A DNA stretch of 64,000 nt, taken from assembly GCF_009914755.1 (NCBI RefSeq), contig NC_060948.1; one strand, written 5' to 3'. The stretch is from the human T2T-CHM13v2.0 reference genome, Homo sapiens. Of this stretch, positions 21,153 to 40,185 are shown piece by piece (position 1 is the stretch's first letter; each line of letters begins with the position of its first letter). A program made the translations under genes and the position numbers. The notes under the pieces were generated by a model. It searched no databases. It worked only from the letters and a program-made list of their open reading frames with translations, and had not been told where the DNA came from.

Positions 21153-23273
21153 AGATCCATATTTTTTAAATGAAAAAAAATTTCAAAGGTACTCTGCTTG
21201 GTACAATAATCAAATGTATAAACTGAGGAATAAAACATAACCATGAAACCTACTTATAACTGCATATGGAAAATACAGAGGATAATTTTTTAAATAACAT
21301 ATTTTGAAAGCCTTAACTAGTAATTTGAAGAGTTGGCATTTGAAAGGCCAGTATGAATATACCTTCAAAGCAGCAACACAGGTTCCCCATGAGAAAAAGC
21401 AAACACAGGGGAAATAAAAACACAAAGGTTCAATCTCTTCTGACCTTTGAAAGACACAGCACAGACAGTGGTCCTTAGGACGAAGAGCAGGAGACCCCTA
21501 ATTCCGTCACCATGGCGATACGGCATAAACATTGCTGGGTGAGGGCACAATCCACATTGTGAGGTCCAACTGCTGCCAGGAAGACAGGAGTGCTTTTACA
21601 TAGACCGAAAGGTCATTGAAGGCTCAGAGTTTTGTTTCAAGAACTGAATCCCAAGCCCACACGTTATTAGGCTGCGCTTCTTAAAACAAGTTATGAGATG
21701 GGAAAAAGGGCACCCACAAACATACGTATACATTATGTATATAATAATATACAGTATCATATATATAATATATATAACCTATGTATAATATTGTTTTACA
21801 TCCTGCATCTTATGTTATATATATTATATAAAATATAATAATTGATAATATATAAGTTTTATAATTATACAATATGACATATAGTATATATTATAATTTA
21901 TGACATATATAATATATGTTATATATCATATATAGAATATATTATACGGTTAATATACGTATTAAATATAAATTATACATTATATATATTATATGTAATA
22001 TATCTGTTATATATAATACCCATTATGCATAATATATATATTATGTCTATGTTATATATAGTATAAAACAACATATAATAATATATAATTGTATATATAA
22101 AATGAGACATATAATATATATTATATTTTATAACATATGTAATATATATTATATATAATACGTTGTATGTATAATACCTATATTAAATATATATTATATG
22201 ACTATGTTATTAATTACATGTCACATGTGTTATATATTATATATTTTACATAGAATATACCGGTTACATACAATATATACTATGTTACCTATAATGTATA
22301 ATTTATTACATGTAAAATAAAGAATGCAATATATTATGTAAAATTTATAACATACAATATGTGGAATGTGATATATATAACATATAATATATGATATATG
22401 ATATACAGTATATGATATATAACATACAATATATGATTCCTAATATATATGGTATACAATATATATTTTATGATATGTATTCTATATGTTTTATATTCTG
22501 TTATATATAACTATTAGAAATTACATATAACTGTATAATATTTTATGTAAATATGTAATATAATATATATAACTATATAATATATTATATATAACTATAT
22601 ATTATGTTATATATACTTTTATAACATAATTTACATAAAATATCATAATATAATATATATTATATTATTTCATATTACATAATATATATTACATATCACC
22701 CAATATAACTAACATACATAATATTATAATATAGATTATATTATGTTATATTAAATATCATATATATCATGTATCATATATTCTATAATATATATTACAC
22801 ATTATATAATATGTATGTTGTCTATTATGTGATATATATAACTATATATATAATTATATATTTATACATATAACTAGATAAACATGTAATTCTACATATT
22901 TTCATTTATAATATGTAGAATTATATAATCATATATAATTATTTATATTCTATAAAAAATTTTATCATTATATAAATTATAATATATAAAAATTATAATA
23001 TGTACTACAAATATATATATTATATATCATATATGATATAGTACCTTTGTTATATATCATAATACATATAAATGTGTATTATGTTATCTATAATTATATA
23101 ATTTCATATATAAGATGTATAATATGTATCATATATTATATATGTTATGTAATATATACAGTATATATAAGATGACACAGGATAAATATTATATACTATG
23201 ACATATAAAATATATGAGGTTATATGTTACATATAAGGCATAGCACATAACATGTAATATATATCATATATAA

Positions 23274-23565
23274 TTTTTTTTTAGACAGAATCTTGTCCTG
23301 TTGCACAGGGTGGGGTACAATGGCGCCATCTTTGCTCACTGCAACTTCTGCCTCACGGGTCAAAGCGATTGTCCTCCCTCAGCCTCCCAGGTAGCTGGGA
23401 CTACACCACACTGGGACTACACCAGCTGCCACCATGCCTAGCTAATTTTTTGGATTTTTAGTAGTGACAGCGTTTCACTGTATTGGCCAGGATGGTCTTG
23501 ATCTCTTCACCTTGTGATCCCCTTGCCTTGGCCTCCAAATTTGCTGGGATTACAGGCCTGAGCCA
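23274..23565 (-). mobile_element. Alu copy, unit 10
   Basis: Same element; gggtcaaagc allele. Confidence 0.93.
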
Positions 23566-25693
23566 AGATCCATATTTTTTAAATGAAAAAAAATTTCCAA
23601 GGTACTCTGCTTGGTACAATAATCAAATGTATAAACTGAGGAATAAAACATAACCATGAAACCTACTTATAACTGCATATGGAAAATACAGAGGATAATT
23701 TTTTAAATAACATATTTTGAAAGCCTTAACTAGTAATTTGAAGAGTTGGCATTTGAAAGGCCAGTATGAATATACCTTCAAAGCAGCAACCCAGGTTCCC
23801 CATGAGAAAAAGCAAACACAGGGGAAATAAAAACACAAATGTTCAATCTCTTCTGACCTTTGAAAGACACAGCACAGACAGTGGTCCTTAGGACGAAGAG
23901 CAGGAGACCCCTAATTCCGTCACCATGGCGATAGGGCATAAACATTGCTGGGTGAGGGCACAATCCACATTGTGAGGTCCAACTGCTGCCAGGAAGACAG
24001 GAGTGCTTTTACATAGACCGAAAGGTCATTGAAGGCTCAGAGTTTTGTTTCAAGAACTGAATCCCAAGCCCACACGTTATTAGGCTGCGCTTCTTAAAAC
24101 AAGTTATGAGATGGGAAAAAGGGCACCCACAAACATACGTATACATTATGTATATAATAATATACAGTATCATATATATAATATATATAACCTATGTATA
24201 ATATTGTTTTACATCCTGCATCTTATGTTATATATATTGTATAAAATATAATAATTGATAATATATAAGTTTTATAATTATACAATATGACATATAGTAT
24301 ATATTATAATTTATGACATATATAATATATGTTATATATCATATATAGAATATATTATACGGTTAATATACGTATTAAATATAAATTATACATTATATAT
24401 ATTATATATAATATATCTGTTATATATAATACCCATTATGCATAATATATATGTTATGTCTATGTTATATATAGTATAAAACAACATATAATAATATATA
24501 ATTGTACATATAAAATGTGACATATAATATATATTATATTTTATAACATATGTAATATATATTATATATTATATATAATACGTTGTATGTATAATACCTA
24601 TATTAAATATATATTATATGACTATGTTATTAATTACATGTCACATGTGTTATATATTATATATTTTACATAGAATATACCGGTTACATACAATATATAC
24701 TATGTTACCTATAATGTATAATTGATTACATGTAAAATAAAGAATGCAATATATTATGTATAATTTATAATATACAATATGTGGAATGTGATATATATAA
24801 CATATAATATATGATATATGATATACAGTATATGATATATAACATACAATATATGATTCCTAATATATATGGTATACAATATATATTTTATGATATGTAT
24901 TCTATATGTTTTATATTCTGTTATATATAACTATTTGAAATTATATATAACTGTATAATATTTTATGTAAATATGTAATATAATATATATAACTATATAA
25001 TATATTATATATAACTATATATTATGTTATATATACTTTTATAACATAATTTACATAAAATATCATAATATAATATATATTATATTATTTCATATTACAT
25101 AATATATATTACATATCACCCAATATAACTAACATACATAATATTATAATATAGATTATATTGTGTTATATTAAATATCATATATATCATGTATCATATA
25201 TTCTATAATATATATTACACATTATATAATATGTATGTTGTCTATTATGTGATATATATAACTCTATATATAATTATATTTTTATACATATAACTAGATA
25301 AACATGTAATTCTACATATTTTCATTTATAATATGTAGAATTATATAATCATATATAATTATTTATATTCTATAAAAAATTTTATCATTATATAAATTAT
25401 AATATATAAAAATTATAATATGTACTACAAATATATATATTATATATCATATATGATATAGTACCTTTGTTATATATCATAATACATATAAATGTGTATT
25501 ATGTTATATATAATTATATAATTTCATATATAAGATGTATAATATGTATCATATATTATATATGTTATGTAATATATACAGTATATATAAGATGACACAG
25601 GATAAATATTATATACTATGACATATAAAATATATGAGGTTATATGTTACATATAAGGCATAGCACATAACATGTAATATATATCATATATAA

Positions 25694-25985
25694 TTTTTTT
25701 TTAGACAGAATCTTGTCCTGTTGCACAAGGTGGGGTACAATGGCGCCATCTTTGCTCACTGCAACTTCTGCCTCACGGGTCCAAGCGATTGTCCTCCCTC
25801 AGCCTCCCAGGTAGCTGGGACTACACCACACTGGGACTACACCAGCTGCCACCATGCCTAGCTAATTTTTTGGATTTTTAGTAGTGACAGCGTTTCACTG
25901 TATTGGCCAGGATGGTCTTGATCTCTTCACCTTGTGATCCCCTTGCCTTGGCCTCCAAATTTGCTGGGATTACAGGCCTGAGCCA
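25694..25985 (-). mobile_element. Alu copy, unit 11
   Basis: Same element; cacaagg allele. Confidence 0.93.
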
Positions 25986-28113
25986 AGATCCATATTTTTT
26001 AAATGAAAAAAAATTTCAAAGGTACTCTGCTTGGTACAATAATCAAATGTATAAACTGAGGAATAAAACATAACCATGAAACCTACTTATAACTGCATAT
26101 GGAAAATACAGAGGATAATTTTTTAAATAACATATTTTGAAAGCCTTAACTAGTAATTTGAAGAGTTGGCATTTGAAAGGCCAGTATGAATATACCTTCA
26201 AAGCAGCAACACAGGTTCCCCATGAGAAAAAGCAAACACAGGGGAAATAAAAACACAAAGGTTCAATCTCTTCTGACCTTTGAAAGACACAGCACAGACA
26301 GTGGTCCTTAGGACGAAGAGCAGGAGACCCCTAATTCCGTCACCATGGCGATAGGGCATAAACATTGCTGGGTGAGGGCACAATCCACATTGTGAGGTCC
26401 AACTGCTGCCAGGAAGACAGGAGTGCTTTTACATAGACCGAAAGGTCATTGAAGGCTCAGAGTTTTGTTTCAAGAACTGAATCCCAAGCCCACACGTTAT
26501 TAGGCTGCGCTTCTTAAAACAAGTTATGAGATGGGAAAAAGGGCACCCACAAACATACGTATACATTATGTATATAATAATATACAGTATCATATATATA
26601 ATATATATAACCTATGTATAATATTGTTTTACATCCTGCATCTTATGTTATATATATTGTATAAAATATAATAATTGATAATATATAAGTTTTATAATTA
26701 TACAATATGACATATAGTATATATTATAATTTATGACATATATAATATATGTTATATATCATATATAGAATATATTATACGGTTAATATACGTATTAAAT
26801 ATAAATTATACATTATATATATTATATATAATATATCTGTTATATATAATACCCATTATGCATAATATATATGTTATGTCTATGTTATATATAGTATAAA
26901 ACAACATATAATAATATATAATTGTACATATAAAATGTGACATATAATATATATTATATTTTATAACATATGTAATATATATTATATATTATATATAATA
27001 CGTTGTATGTATAATACCTATATTAAATATATATTATATGACTATGTTATTAATTACATGTCACATGTGTTATATATTATATATTTTACATAGAATATAC
27101 CGGTTACATACAATATATACTATGTTACCTATAATGTATAATTGATTACATGTAAAATAAAGAATGCAATATATTATGTATAATTTATAATATACAATAT
27201 GTGGAATGTGATATATATAACATATAATATATGATATATGATATACAGTATATGATATATAACATACAATATATGATTCCTAATATATATGGTATACAAT
27301 ATATATTTTATGATATGTATTCTATATGTTTTATATTCTGTTATATATAACTATTTGAAATTATATATAACTGTATAATATTTTATGTAAATATGTAATA
27401 TAATATATATAACTATATAATATATTATATATAACTATATATTATGTTATATATACTTTTATAACATAATTTACATAAAATATCATAATATAATATATAT
27501 TATATTATTTCATATTACATAATATATATTACATATCACCCAATATAACTAACATACATAATATTATAATATAGATTATATTGTGTTATATTAAATATCA
27601 TATATATCATGTATCATATATTCTATAATATATATTACACATTATATCATATGTATGTTGTCTATTATGTGATATATATAACTCTATATATAATTATATT
27701 TTTATACATATAACTAGATAAACATGTAATTCTACATATTTTCATTTATAATATGTAGAATTATATAATCATATATAATTATTTATATTCTATAAAAAAT
27801 TTTATCATTATATAAATTATAATATATAAAAATTATAATATGTACTACAAATATATATATTATATATCATATATGATATAGTACCTTTGTTATATATCAT
27901 AATACATATAAATGTGTATTATGTTATATATAATTATATAATTTCATATATAAGATGTATAATATGTATCATATATTATATATGTTATGTAATATGTACA
28001 GTATATATAAGATGACACAGGATAAATATTATATACTATGACATATAAAATATATGAGGTTATATGTTACATATAAGGCATAGCACATAACATGTAATAT
28101 ATATCATATATAA

Positions 28114-28405
28114 TTTTTTTTTAGACAGAATCTTGTCCTGTTGCACAAGGTGGGGTACAATGGGGCCATCTTTGCTCACTGCAACTTCTGCCTCACGGGT
28201 CCAAGCGATTGTCCTCCCTCAGCCTCCCAGGTAGCTGGGACTACACCACACTGGGACTACACCAGCTGCCACCATGCCTAGCTAATTTTTTGGATTTTTA
28301 GTAGTGACAGCGTTTCACTGTATTGGCCAGGATGGTCTTGATCTCTTCACCTTGTGATCCCCTTGCCTTGGCCTCCAAATTTGCTGGGATTACAGGCCTG
28401 AGCCA
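28114..28405 (-). mobile_element. Alu copy, unit 12
   Basis: Same element; cacaagg and tggggcc alleles. Confidence 0.93.
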
Positions 28406-30503
28406 AGATCCATATTTTTTAAATGAAAAAAAATTTCAAAGGTACTCTGCTTGGTACAATAATCAAATGTATAAACTGAGGAATAAAACATAACCATGAA
28501 AACTACTTATAACTGCATATGGAAAATACAGAGGATAATTTTTTAAATAACATATTTTGAAAGCCTTAACTAGTAATTTGAAGAGTTGGCATTTGAAAGG
28601 CCAGTATGAATATACCTTCAAAGCAGCAACACAGGTTCCCCATGAGAAAAAGCAAACACAGGGGAAATAAAAACACAAAGGTTCAATCTCTTCTGACCTT
28701 TGAAAGACACAGCACAGACAGTGGTCCTTAGGACGAAGAGCAGGAGACCCCTAATTCCGTCACCATGGCGATAGGGCATAAACATTGCTGGGTGAGGGCA
28801 CAATCCACATTGTGAGGTCCAACTGCTGCCAGGAAGACAGGAGTGCTTTTACATAGACCGAAAGGTCATTGAAGGCTCAGAGCTTTGTTTCAAGAACTGA
28901 ATCCCAAGCCCACACGTTATTAGGCTGCGCTTCTTAAAACAAGTTATGAGATGGGAAAAAGGGCACCCACAAACATACGTATACATTATGTATATAATAA
29001 TATACAGTATCATATATATAATATATATAACCTATGTATAATATTGTTTTACATCCTGCATCTTATGTTATATATATTGTATAAAATATAATAATTGATA
29101 ATATATAAGTTTTATAATTATACAATATGACATATAGTATATATTATAATTTATGACATATATAATATATGTTATATATCATATATAGAATATATTATAC
29201 GGTTAATATACGTATTAAATATAAATTATACATTATATATATTATATATAATATATCTGTTATATATAATACCCATTATGCATAATATATATATTATGTC
29301 TATATTATATATAGTATAAAACAACATATAATAATATATAATTGTATATATAAAATGCGACATATAATATATATTATATTTTATAACATATGTAATATAT
29401 ATTATATATAATACGTTGTATGTATAATACCTATATTAAATATATATTATATGACTATGTTATTAATTACATGTCACATGTGTTATATATTATATATTTT
29501 ACATAGAATATACCGGTTACATACAATATATACTATGTTACCTATAATGTATAATTTATTACATGTAAAATAAAGAATGCAATATATTATGTAAAATTTA
29601 TAACATACAATATGTGGAATGTGATATATATAACATATAATATATGATATATGATATACAGTATATGATATATAATATACAATATATGATTCCTAATATA
29701 TATGGTATACAATATATATTATATGATATGTATTCTATATGTTTTATATTCTGTTATATATAACTATTTGAAATTACATATAACTGTATAATATTTTATG
29801 TAAATATGTAATATAATATATATAACTATATAATATATTATATATAACTATATATTATGTTATATATACTTTTATAACATAATTTACATAAAATATCATA
29901 ATATAATATATACTATATTATTTCATATTACATAATATATATTACATATCACCCAATATAACTAACATACATAATATTATAATATAGATTATATTATGTT
30001 ATATTAAATATCATATGTATCATGTATCATATATTCTATAATATATATTACACATTATATAATATGTATGTTGTCTATTATGTGATATATATAACTATAT
30101 ATATAATTATATATTTATACATATAACTAGATAAACATGTAATTCTACATATTTTCATTTATAATATGTAGAATTATATAATCATATATAATTATTTATA
30201 TTCTATAAAAAATTTTATCATTATATAAATTATAATATATAAAAATTATAATATGTACTACAAATATATATATTATATATCATATATGATATAGTACCTT
30301 TGTTATATATCATAATACATATAAATGTGTATTATGTTATCTATAATTATATAATTTCATATATAAGATGTATAATATGTATCATATATTATATATGTTA
30401 TGTAATATATACAGTATATATAAGATGACACAGGATAAATATTATATACTATGACATATAAAATATATGAGGTTATATGTTACATATAAGGCATAGCACA
30501 TAA

Positions 30504-30818
<315 letters not shown>

Positions 30819-32916
30819 AGATCCATATTTTTTAAATGAAAAAAAATTTCCAAGGTACTCTGCTTGGTACAATAATCAAATGTATAAACTGAGGAATAAA
30901 ACATAACCATGAAACCTACTTATAACTGCATATGGAAAATACAGAGGATAATTTTTTAAATAACATATTTTGAAAGCCTTAACTAGTAATTTGAAGAGTT
31001 GGCATTTGAAAGGCCAGTATGAATATACCTTCAAAGCAGCAACACAGGTTCCCCATGAGAAAAAGCAAACACAGGGGAAATAAAAACACAAAGGTTCAAT
31101 CTCTTCTGACCTTTGAAAGACACAGCACAGACAGTGGTCCTTAGGACGAAGAGCAGGAGACCCCTAATTCCGTCACCATGGCGATAGGGCATAAACATTG
31201 CTGGGTGAGGGCACAATCCACATTGTGAGGTCCAACTGCTGCCAGGAAGACAGGAGTGCTTTTACATAGACCGAAAGGTCATTGAAGGCTCAGAGTTTTG
31301 TTTCAAGAACTGAATCCCAAGCCCACACGTTATTAGGCTGCGCTTCTTAAAACAAGTTATGAGATGGGAAAAAGGGCACCCACAAACATACGTATACATT
31401 ATGTATATAATAATATACAGTATCATATATATAATATATATAACCTATGTATAATATTGTTTTACATCCTGCATCTTATGTTATATATATTATATAAAAT
31501 ATAATAATTGATAATATATAAGTTTTATAATTATACAATATGACATATAGTATATATTATAATTTATGACATATATAATATATGTTATATATCATATATA
31601 GAATATATTATACGGTTAATATACGTATTAAATATAAATTATACATTATATATATTATATGTAATATATCTGTTATATATAATACCCATTATGCATAATA
31701 TATATATTATGTCTATGTTATATATAGTATAAAACAACATATAATAATATATAATTGTATATATAAAATGAGACATATAATATATATTATATTTTATAAC
31801 ATATGTAATATATATTATATATAATACGTTGTATGTATAATACCTATATTAAATATATATTATATGACTATGTTATTAATTACATGTCACATGTGTTATA
31901 TATTATATATTTTACATAGAATATACCGGTTACATACAATATATACTATGTTACCTATAATGTATAATTTATTACTTGTAAAATAAAGAATGCAATATAT
32001 TATGTATAATTTATAATATACAATATGTGGAACGTGATATATATAACATATAATATATGATATATGATATACAGTATATGATATATAACATACAATATAT
32101 GATTCCTAATATATATGGTATACAATATATATTTTATGATATGTATTCTATATGTTTTATATTCTGTTATATATAACTATTTGAAATTATATATAACTGT
32201 ATAATATTTTATGTAAATATGTAATATAATATATATAACTATATAATATATTATATATAACTATATATTATGTTATATATACTTTTATAACATAATTTAC
32301 ATAAAATATCATAATATAATATATATTATATTATTTCATATTACATAATATATATTACATATCACCCAATATAACTAACATACATAATATTATAATATAG
32401 ATTATATTGTGTTATATTAAATATCATATATATCATGTATCATATATTCTATAATATATATTACACATTATATCATATGTATGTTGTCTATTATGTGATA
32501 TATATAACTCTATATATAATTATATTTTTATACATATAACTAGATAAACATGTAATTCTACATATTTTCATTTATAATATGTAGAATTATATAATCATAT
32601 ATAATTATTTATATTCTATAAAAAATTTTATCATTATATAAATTATAATATATAAAAATTATAATATGTACTACAAATATATATATTATATATCATATAT
32701 GATATAGTACCTTTGTTATATATCATAATACATATAAATGTGTATTATGTTATCTATAATTATATAATTTCCTATATAAGATATATAATATGTATCATAT
32801 ATTATATATGTTATGTAATATATACAGTATATATAAGATGACACAGGATAAATATTATATACTATGATATATAAAATATATGAGGTTATATGTTACATAT
32901 AAGGCATAGCACATAA

Positions 32917-33231
<315 letters not shown>

Positions 33232-35336
33232 AGATCCATATTTTTTAAATGAAAAAAAATTTCCAAGGTACTCTGCTTGGTACAATAATCAAATGTATAA
33301 ACTGAGGAATAAAACATAACCATGAAACCTACTTATAACTGCCTATGGAAAATACAGAGGATAATTTTTTAAATAACATATTTTGAAAGCCTTAACTAGT
33401 AATTTGAAGAGTTGGCATTTGAAAGGCCAGTATGAATATACCTTCAAAGCAGCAACACAGGTTCCCCATGAGAAAAAGCAAACACAGGGGAAATAAAAAC
33501 ACAAAGGTTCAATCTCTTCTGACCTTTGAAAGACACAGCACAGACAGTGGTCCTTGGGACGAAGAGCAGGAGACCCCTAATTCCGTCACCATGGCGATAG
33601 GGCATAAACATTGCTGGGTGAGGGCACAATCCACATTCTGAGGTCCAACTGCTGCCAGGAAGACAGGAGTGCTTTTACATAGACCGAAAGGTCATTGAAG
33701 GCTCAGAGTTTTGTTTCAAGAACTGAATCCCAAGCCCACACGTTATTAGGCTGCGCTTCTTAAAACAAGTTATGAGATGGGAAAAAGGGCACCCAGAAAC
33801 ATACGTATACATTATGTATATAATAATATACAGTATCATATATATAATATATATAACCTATGTGTAATATTGTTTTACATCCTGCATCTTATGTTATATA
33901 TATTTTATAAAATATAATAATTGATAATATATAAGTTTTATAATTATACAATATGACATATAGTATATATTATAATTTATGACATATATAATATATGTTA
34001 TATATCATATATAGAATATATTATACGGTTAATATACGTATTAAATATAAATTATACATTATATATATTATATATAATATATCTGTTATATATAATACCC
34101 ATTATGCATAATATATATATTATGTCTATGTTATATATAGTATAAAACAACATATAATAATATATAATTGTATATATAAAATGTGACATATAATATATAT
34201 TATATTTTATAACATATGTAATATATATTATATATTATATATAATACGTTGTATGTATAATACCTATATTAAATATATATTATATGACTATGTTATTAAT
34301 TACATGTCACATGTGTTATATATTATATATTTTACATAGAATATACCGGTTACATACAATATATACTATGTTACCTATAATGTATAATTTATTACATGTA
34401 AAATAAAGAATGCAATATATTATGTATAATTTATAATATACAATATGTGGAATGTGATATATATAACATATAATATATGATATATGATATACAGTATATG
34501 ATATATAACATACAATATATGATTCCTAATATATATGGTATACAATATATATTTTATGATATGTATTCTATATGTTTTATATTCTGTTATATATAACTAT
34601 TTGAAATTATATATAACTGTATAATATTTTATGTAAATATGTAATATAATATATATAACTATATAATATATTATATATAACTATATATTATGTTATATAT
34701 ACTTTTATAACATAATTTACATAAAATATCATAATATAATATATATTATATTATTTCATATTACATAATATATATTACATGTCACCCAATATAACTAACA
34801 TACATAATATTATAATATAGATTATATTGTGTTATATTAAATATCATATATATCATGTATCATATATTCTATAATATATATTACACATTATATAATATGT
34901 ATGTTGTCTATTATGTGATATATATAACTCTATATATAATTATATTTTTATACATATAACTAGATAAACATGTAATTCTACATATTTTCATTTATAATAT
35001 GTAGAATTATATAATCATATATAATTATTTATATTCTATAAAAAATTTTATCATTATATAAATTATAATATATAAAAATTATAATATGTACTACAAATAT
35101 ATATATTATATATCATATATGATATAGTACCTTTGTTATATATCATAATACATATAAATGTGTATTATGTTATCTATAATTATATAATTTCATATATAAG
35201 ATGTATAATATGTATCATATATTATATATGTTATGTAATATATACAGTATATATAAGATGACACAGGATAAATATTATATACTATGACATATAAAATATA
35301 TGAGGTTATATGTTACATATAAGGCATAGCACATAA

Positions 35337-35651
<315 letters not shown>

Positions 35652-37772
35652 AGATCCATATTTTTAAAATGAAAAAAAATTTCCAAGGTACTCTGCTTGG
35701 TACAATAATCAAATGTATAAACTGAGGAATAAAACATAACCATGAAACCTACTTATAACTGCATATGGAAAATACAGAGGATAATTTTTTAAATAACATA
35801 TTTTGAAAGCCTTAACTAGTAATTTGAAGAGTTGGCATTTGAAAGGCCAGTATGAATATACCTTCAAAGCAGCAACACAGGTTCCCCATGAGAAAAAGCA
35901 AACACAGGGGAAATAAAAACACAAAGGTTCAATCTCTTCTGACCTTTGAAAGACACAGCACAGACAGTGGTCCTTAGGACGAAGAGCAGGAGACCCCTAA
36001 TTCCGTCACCATGGCGATACGGCATAAACATTGCTGGGTGAGGGCACAATCCACATTGTGAGGTCCAACTGCTGCCAGGAAGACAGGAGTGCTTTTACAT
36101 AGACCGAAAGGTCATTGAAGGCTCAGAGTTTTGTTTCAAGAACTGAATCCCAAGCCCACACGTTATTAGGCTGCGCTTCTTAAAACAAGTTATGAGATGG
36201 GAAAAAGGGCACCCACAAACATACGTATACATTATGTATATAATAATATACAGTATCATATATATAATATATATAACCTATGTATAATATTGTTTTACAT
36301 CCTGCATCTTATGTTATATATATTATATAAAATATAATAATTGATAATATATAAGTTTTATAATTATACAATATGACATATAGTATATATTATAATTTAT
36401 GACATATATAATATATGTTATATATCATATATAGAATATATTATACGGTTAATATACGTATTAAATATAAATTATACATTATATATATTATATGTAATAT
36501 ATCTGTTATATATAATACCCATTATGCATAATATATATATTATGTCTATGTTATATATAGTATAAAACAACATATAATAATATATAATTGTATATATAAA
36601 ATGAGACATATAATATATATTATATTTTATAACATATGTAATATATATTATATATAATACGTTGTATGTATAATACCTATATTAAATATATATTATATGA
36701 CTATGTTATTAATTACATGTCACATGTGTTATATATTATATATTTTACATAGAATATACCGGTTACATACAATATATACTATGTTACCTATAATGTATAA
36801 TTTATTACATGTAAAATAAAGAATGCAGTATATTATGTAAAATTTATAACATACAATATGTGGAATGTGATATATATAACATATAATATATGATATATGA
36901 TATACAGTATATGATATATAACATACAATATATGATTCCTAATATATATGGTATACAATATATATTTTATGATATGTATTCTATATGTTTTATATTCTGT
37001 TATATATAACTATTAGAAATTACATATAACTGTATAATATTTTATGTAAATATGTAATATAATATATATAACTATATAATATATTATATATAACTATATA
37101 TTATGTTATATATACTTTTATAACATAATTTACATAAAATATCATAATATAATATATATTATATTATTTCATATTACATAATATATATTACATATCACCC
37201 AATATAACTAACATACATAATATTATAATATAGATTATATTATGTTATATTAAATATCATATATATCATGTATCATATATTCTATAATATATATTACACA
37301 TTATATAATATGTATGTTGTCTATTATGTGATATATATAACTATATATATAATTATATATTTATACATATAACTAGATAAACATGTAATTCTACATATTT
37401 TCATTTATAATATGTAGAATTATATAATCATATATAATTATTTATATTCTATAAAAAATTTTATCATTATATAAATTATAATATATAAAAATTATAATAT
37501 GTACTACAAATATATATATTATATATCATATATGATATAGTACCTTTGTTATATATCATAATACATATAAATGTGTATTATGTTATCTATAATTATATAA
37601 TTTCATATATAAGATGTATAATATGTATCATATATTATATATGTTATGTAATATATACAGTATATATAAGATGACACAGGATAAATATTATATACTATGA
37701 CATATAAAATATATGAGGTTATATGTTACATATAAGGCATAGCACATAACATGTAATATATATCATATATAA

Positions 37773-38064
37773 TTTTTTTTTAGACAGAATCTTGTCCTGT
37801 TGCACAGGGTGGGGTACAATGGCGCCATCTTTGCTCACTGCAACTTCTGCCTCACGGGTCAAAGCGATTGTCCTCCCTCAGCCTCCCAGGTAGCTGGGAC
37901 TACACCACACTGGGACTACACCAGCTGCCACCATGCCTAGCTAATTTTTTGGATTTTTAGTAGTGACAGCGTTTCACTGTATTGGCCAGGATGGTCTTGA
38001 TCTCTTCACCTTGTGATCCCCTTGCCTTGGCCTCCAAATTTGCTGGGATTACAGGCCTGAGCCA
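37773..38064 (-). mobile_element. Alu copy, unit 16
   Basis: Same element; gggtcaaagc allele. Confidence 0.93.
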
Positions 38065-40185
38065 AGATCCATATTTTTTAAATGAAAAAAAATTTCCAAG
38101 GTACTCTGCTTGGTACAATAATCAAATGTATAAACTGAGGAATAAAACATAACCATGAAACCTACTTATAACTGCATATGGAAAATACAGAGGATAATTT
38201 TTTAAATAACATATTTTGAAAGCCTTAACTAGTAATTTGAAGAGTTGGCATTTGAAAGGCCAGTATGAATATACCTTCAAAGCAGCAACCCAGGTTCCCC
38301 ATGAGAAAAAGCAAACACAGGGGAAATAAAAACACAAATGTTCAATCTCTTCTGACCTTTGAAAGACACAGCACAGACAGTGGTCCTTAGGACGAAGAGC
38401 AGGAGAGCCCTAATTCCGTCACCATGGCGATAGGGCATAAACATTGCTGGGTGAGGGCACAATCCACATTGTGAGGTCCAACTGCTGCCAGGAAGACAGG
38501 AGTGCTTTTACATAGACCGAAAGGTCATTGAAGGCTCAGAGCTTTGTTTCAAGAACTGAATCCCAAGCCCACACGTTATTAGGCTGCGCTTCTTAAAACA
38601 AGTTATGAGATGGGAAAAAGGGCACCCACAAACATACGTATACATTATGTATATAATAATATACAGTATCATATATATAATATATATAACCTATGTATAA
38701 TATTGTTTTACATCCTGCATCTTATGTTATATATATTGTATAAAATATAATTATTGATAATATATAAGTTTTATAATTATACAATATGACATATAGTATA
38801 TATTATAATTTATGACATATATAATATATGTTATATATCATATATAGAATATATTATACGGTTAATATACGTATTAAATATAAATTATACATTATATATA
38901 TTATATATAATATATCTGTTATATATAATACCCATTATGCATAATATATATATTATGTCTATATTATATATAGTATAAAACAACATATAATAATATATAA
39001 TTGTATATATAAAATGCGACATATAATATATATTACATTTTATAACATATGTAATATATATTATATATAATACGTTGTATGTATAATACCTATATTAAAT
39101 ATATATTATATGACTATGTTATTAATTACATGTCACATGTGTTATATATTATATATTTTACATAGAATATACCGGTTACATACAATATATACTATGTTAC
39201 CTATAATGTATAATTTATTACATGTAAAATAAAGAATGCAATATATTATGTAAAATTTATAACATACAATATGTGGAATGTGATATATATAACATATAAT
39301 ATATGATATATGATATACAGTATATGATATATAATATACAATATATGATTCCTAATATATATGGTATACAATATATATTATATGATATGTATTCTATATG
39401 TTTTATATTCTGTTATATATAACTATTTGAAATTACATATAACTGTATAATATTTTATGTAAATATGTAATATAATATATATAACTATATAATATATTAT
39501 ATATAACTATATATTATGTTATATATACTTTTATAACATAATTTACATAAAATATCATAATATAATATATACTATATTATTTCATATTACATAATATATA
39601 TTACATATCACCCAATATAACTAACATACATAATATTATAATATAGATTATATTATGTTATATTAAATATCATATGTATCATGTATCATATATTCTATAA
39701 TATATATTACACATTATATAATATGTATGTTGTCTATTATGTGATATATATAACTATATATATAATTATATATTTATACATATAACTAGATAAACATGTA
39801 ATTCTACATATTTTCATTTATAATATGTAGAATTATATAATCATATATAATTATTTATATTCTATAAAAAATTTTATCATTATATAAATTATAATATATA
39901 AAAATTATAATATGTACTACAAATATATATATTATATATCATATATGATATAGTACCTTTGTTATATATCATAATACATATAAATGTGTATTATGTTATA
40001 TATAATTATATAATTTCATATATAAGATATATAATATGTATCATATATTATATATGTTATGTAATATATACAGTATATATAAGATGACACAGGATAAATA
40101 TTATATACTATGACATATAAAATATATGAGGTTATATGTTACATATAAGGCATAGCACATAACATGTAATATATATCATATATAA

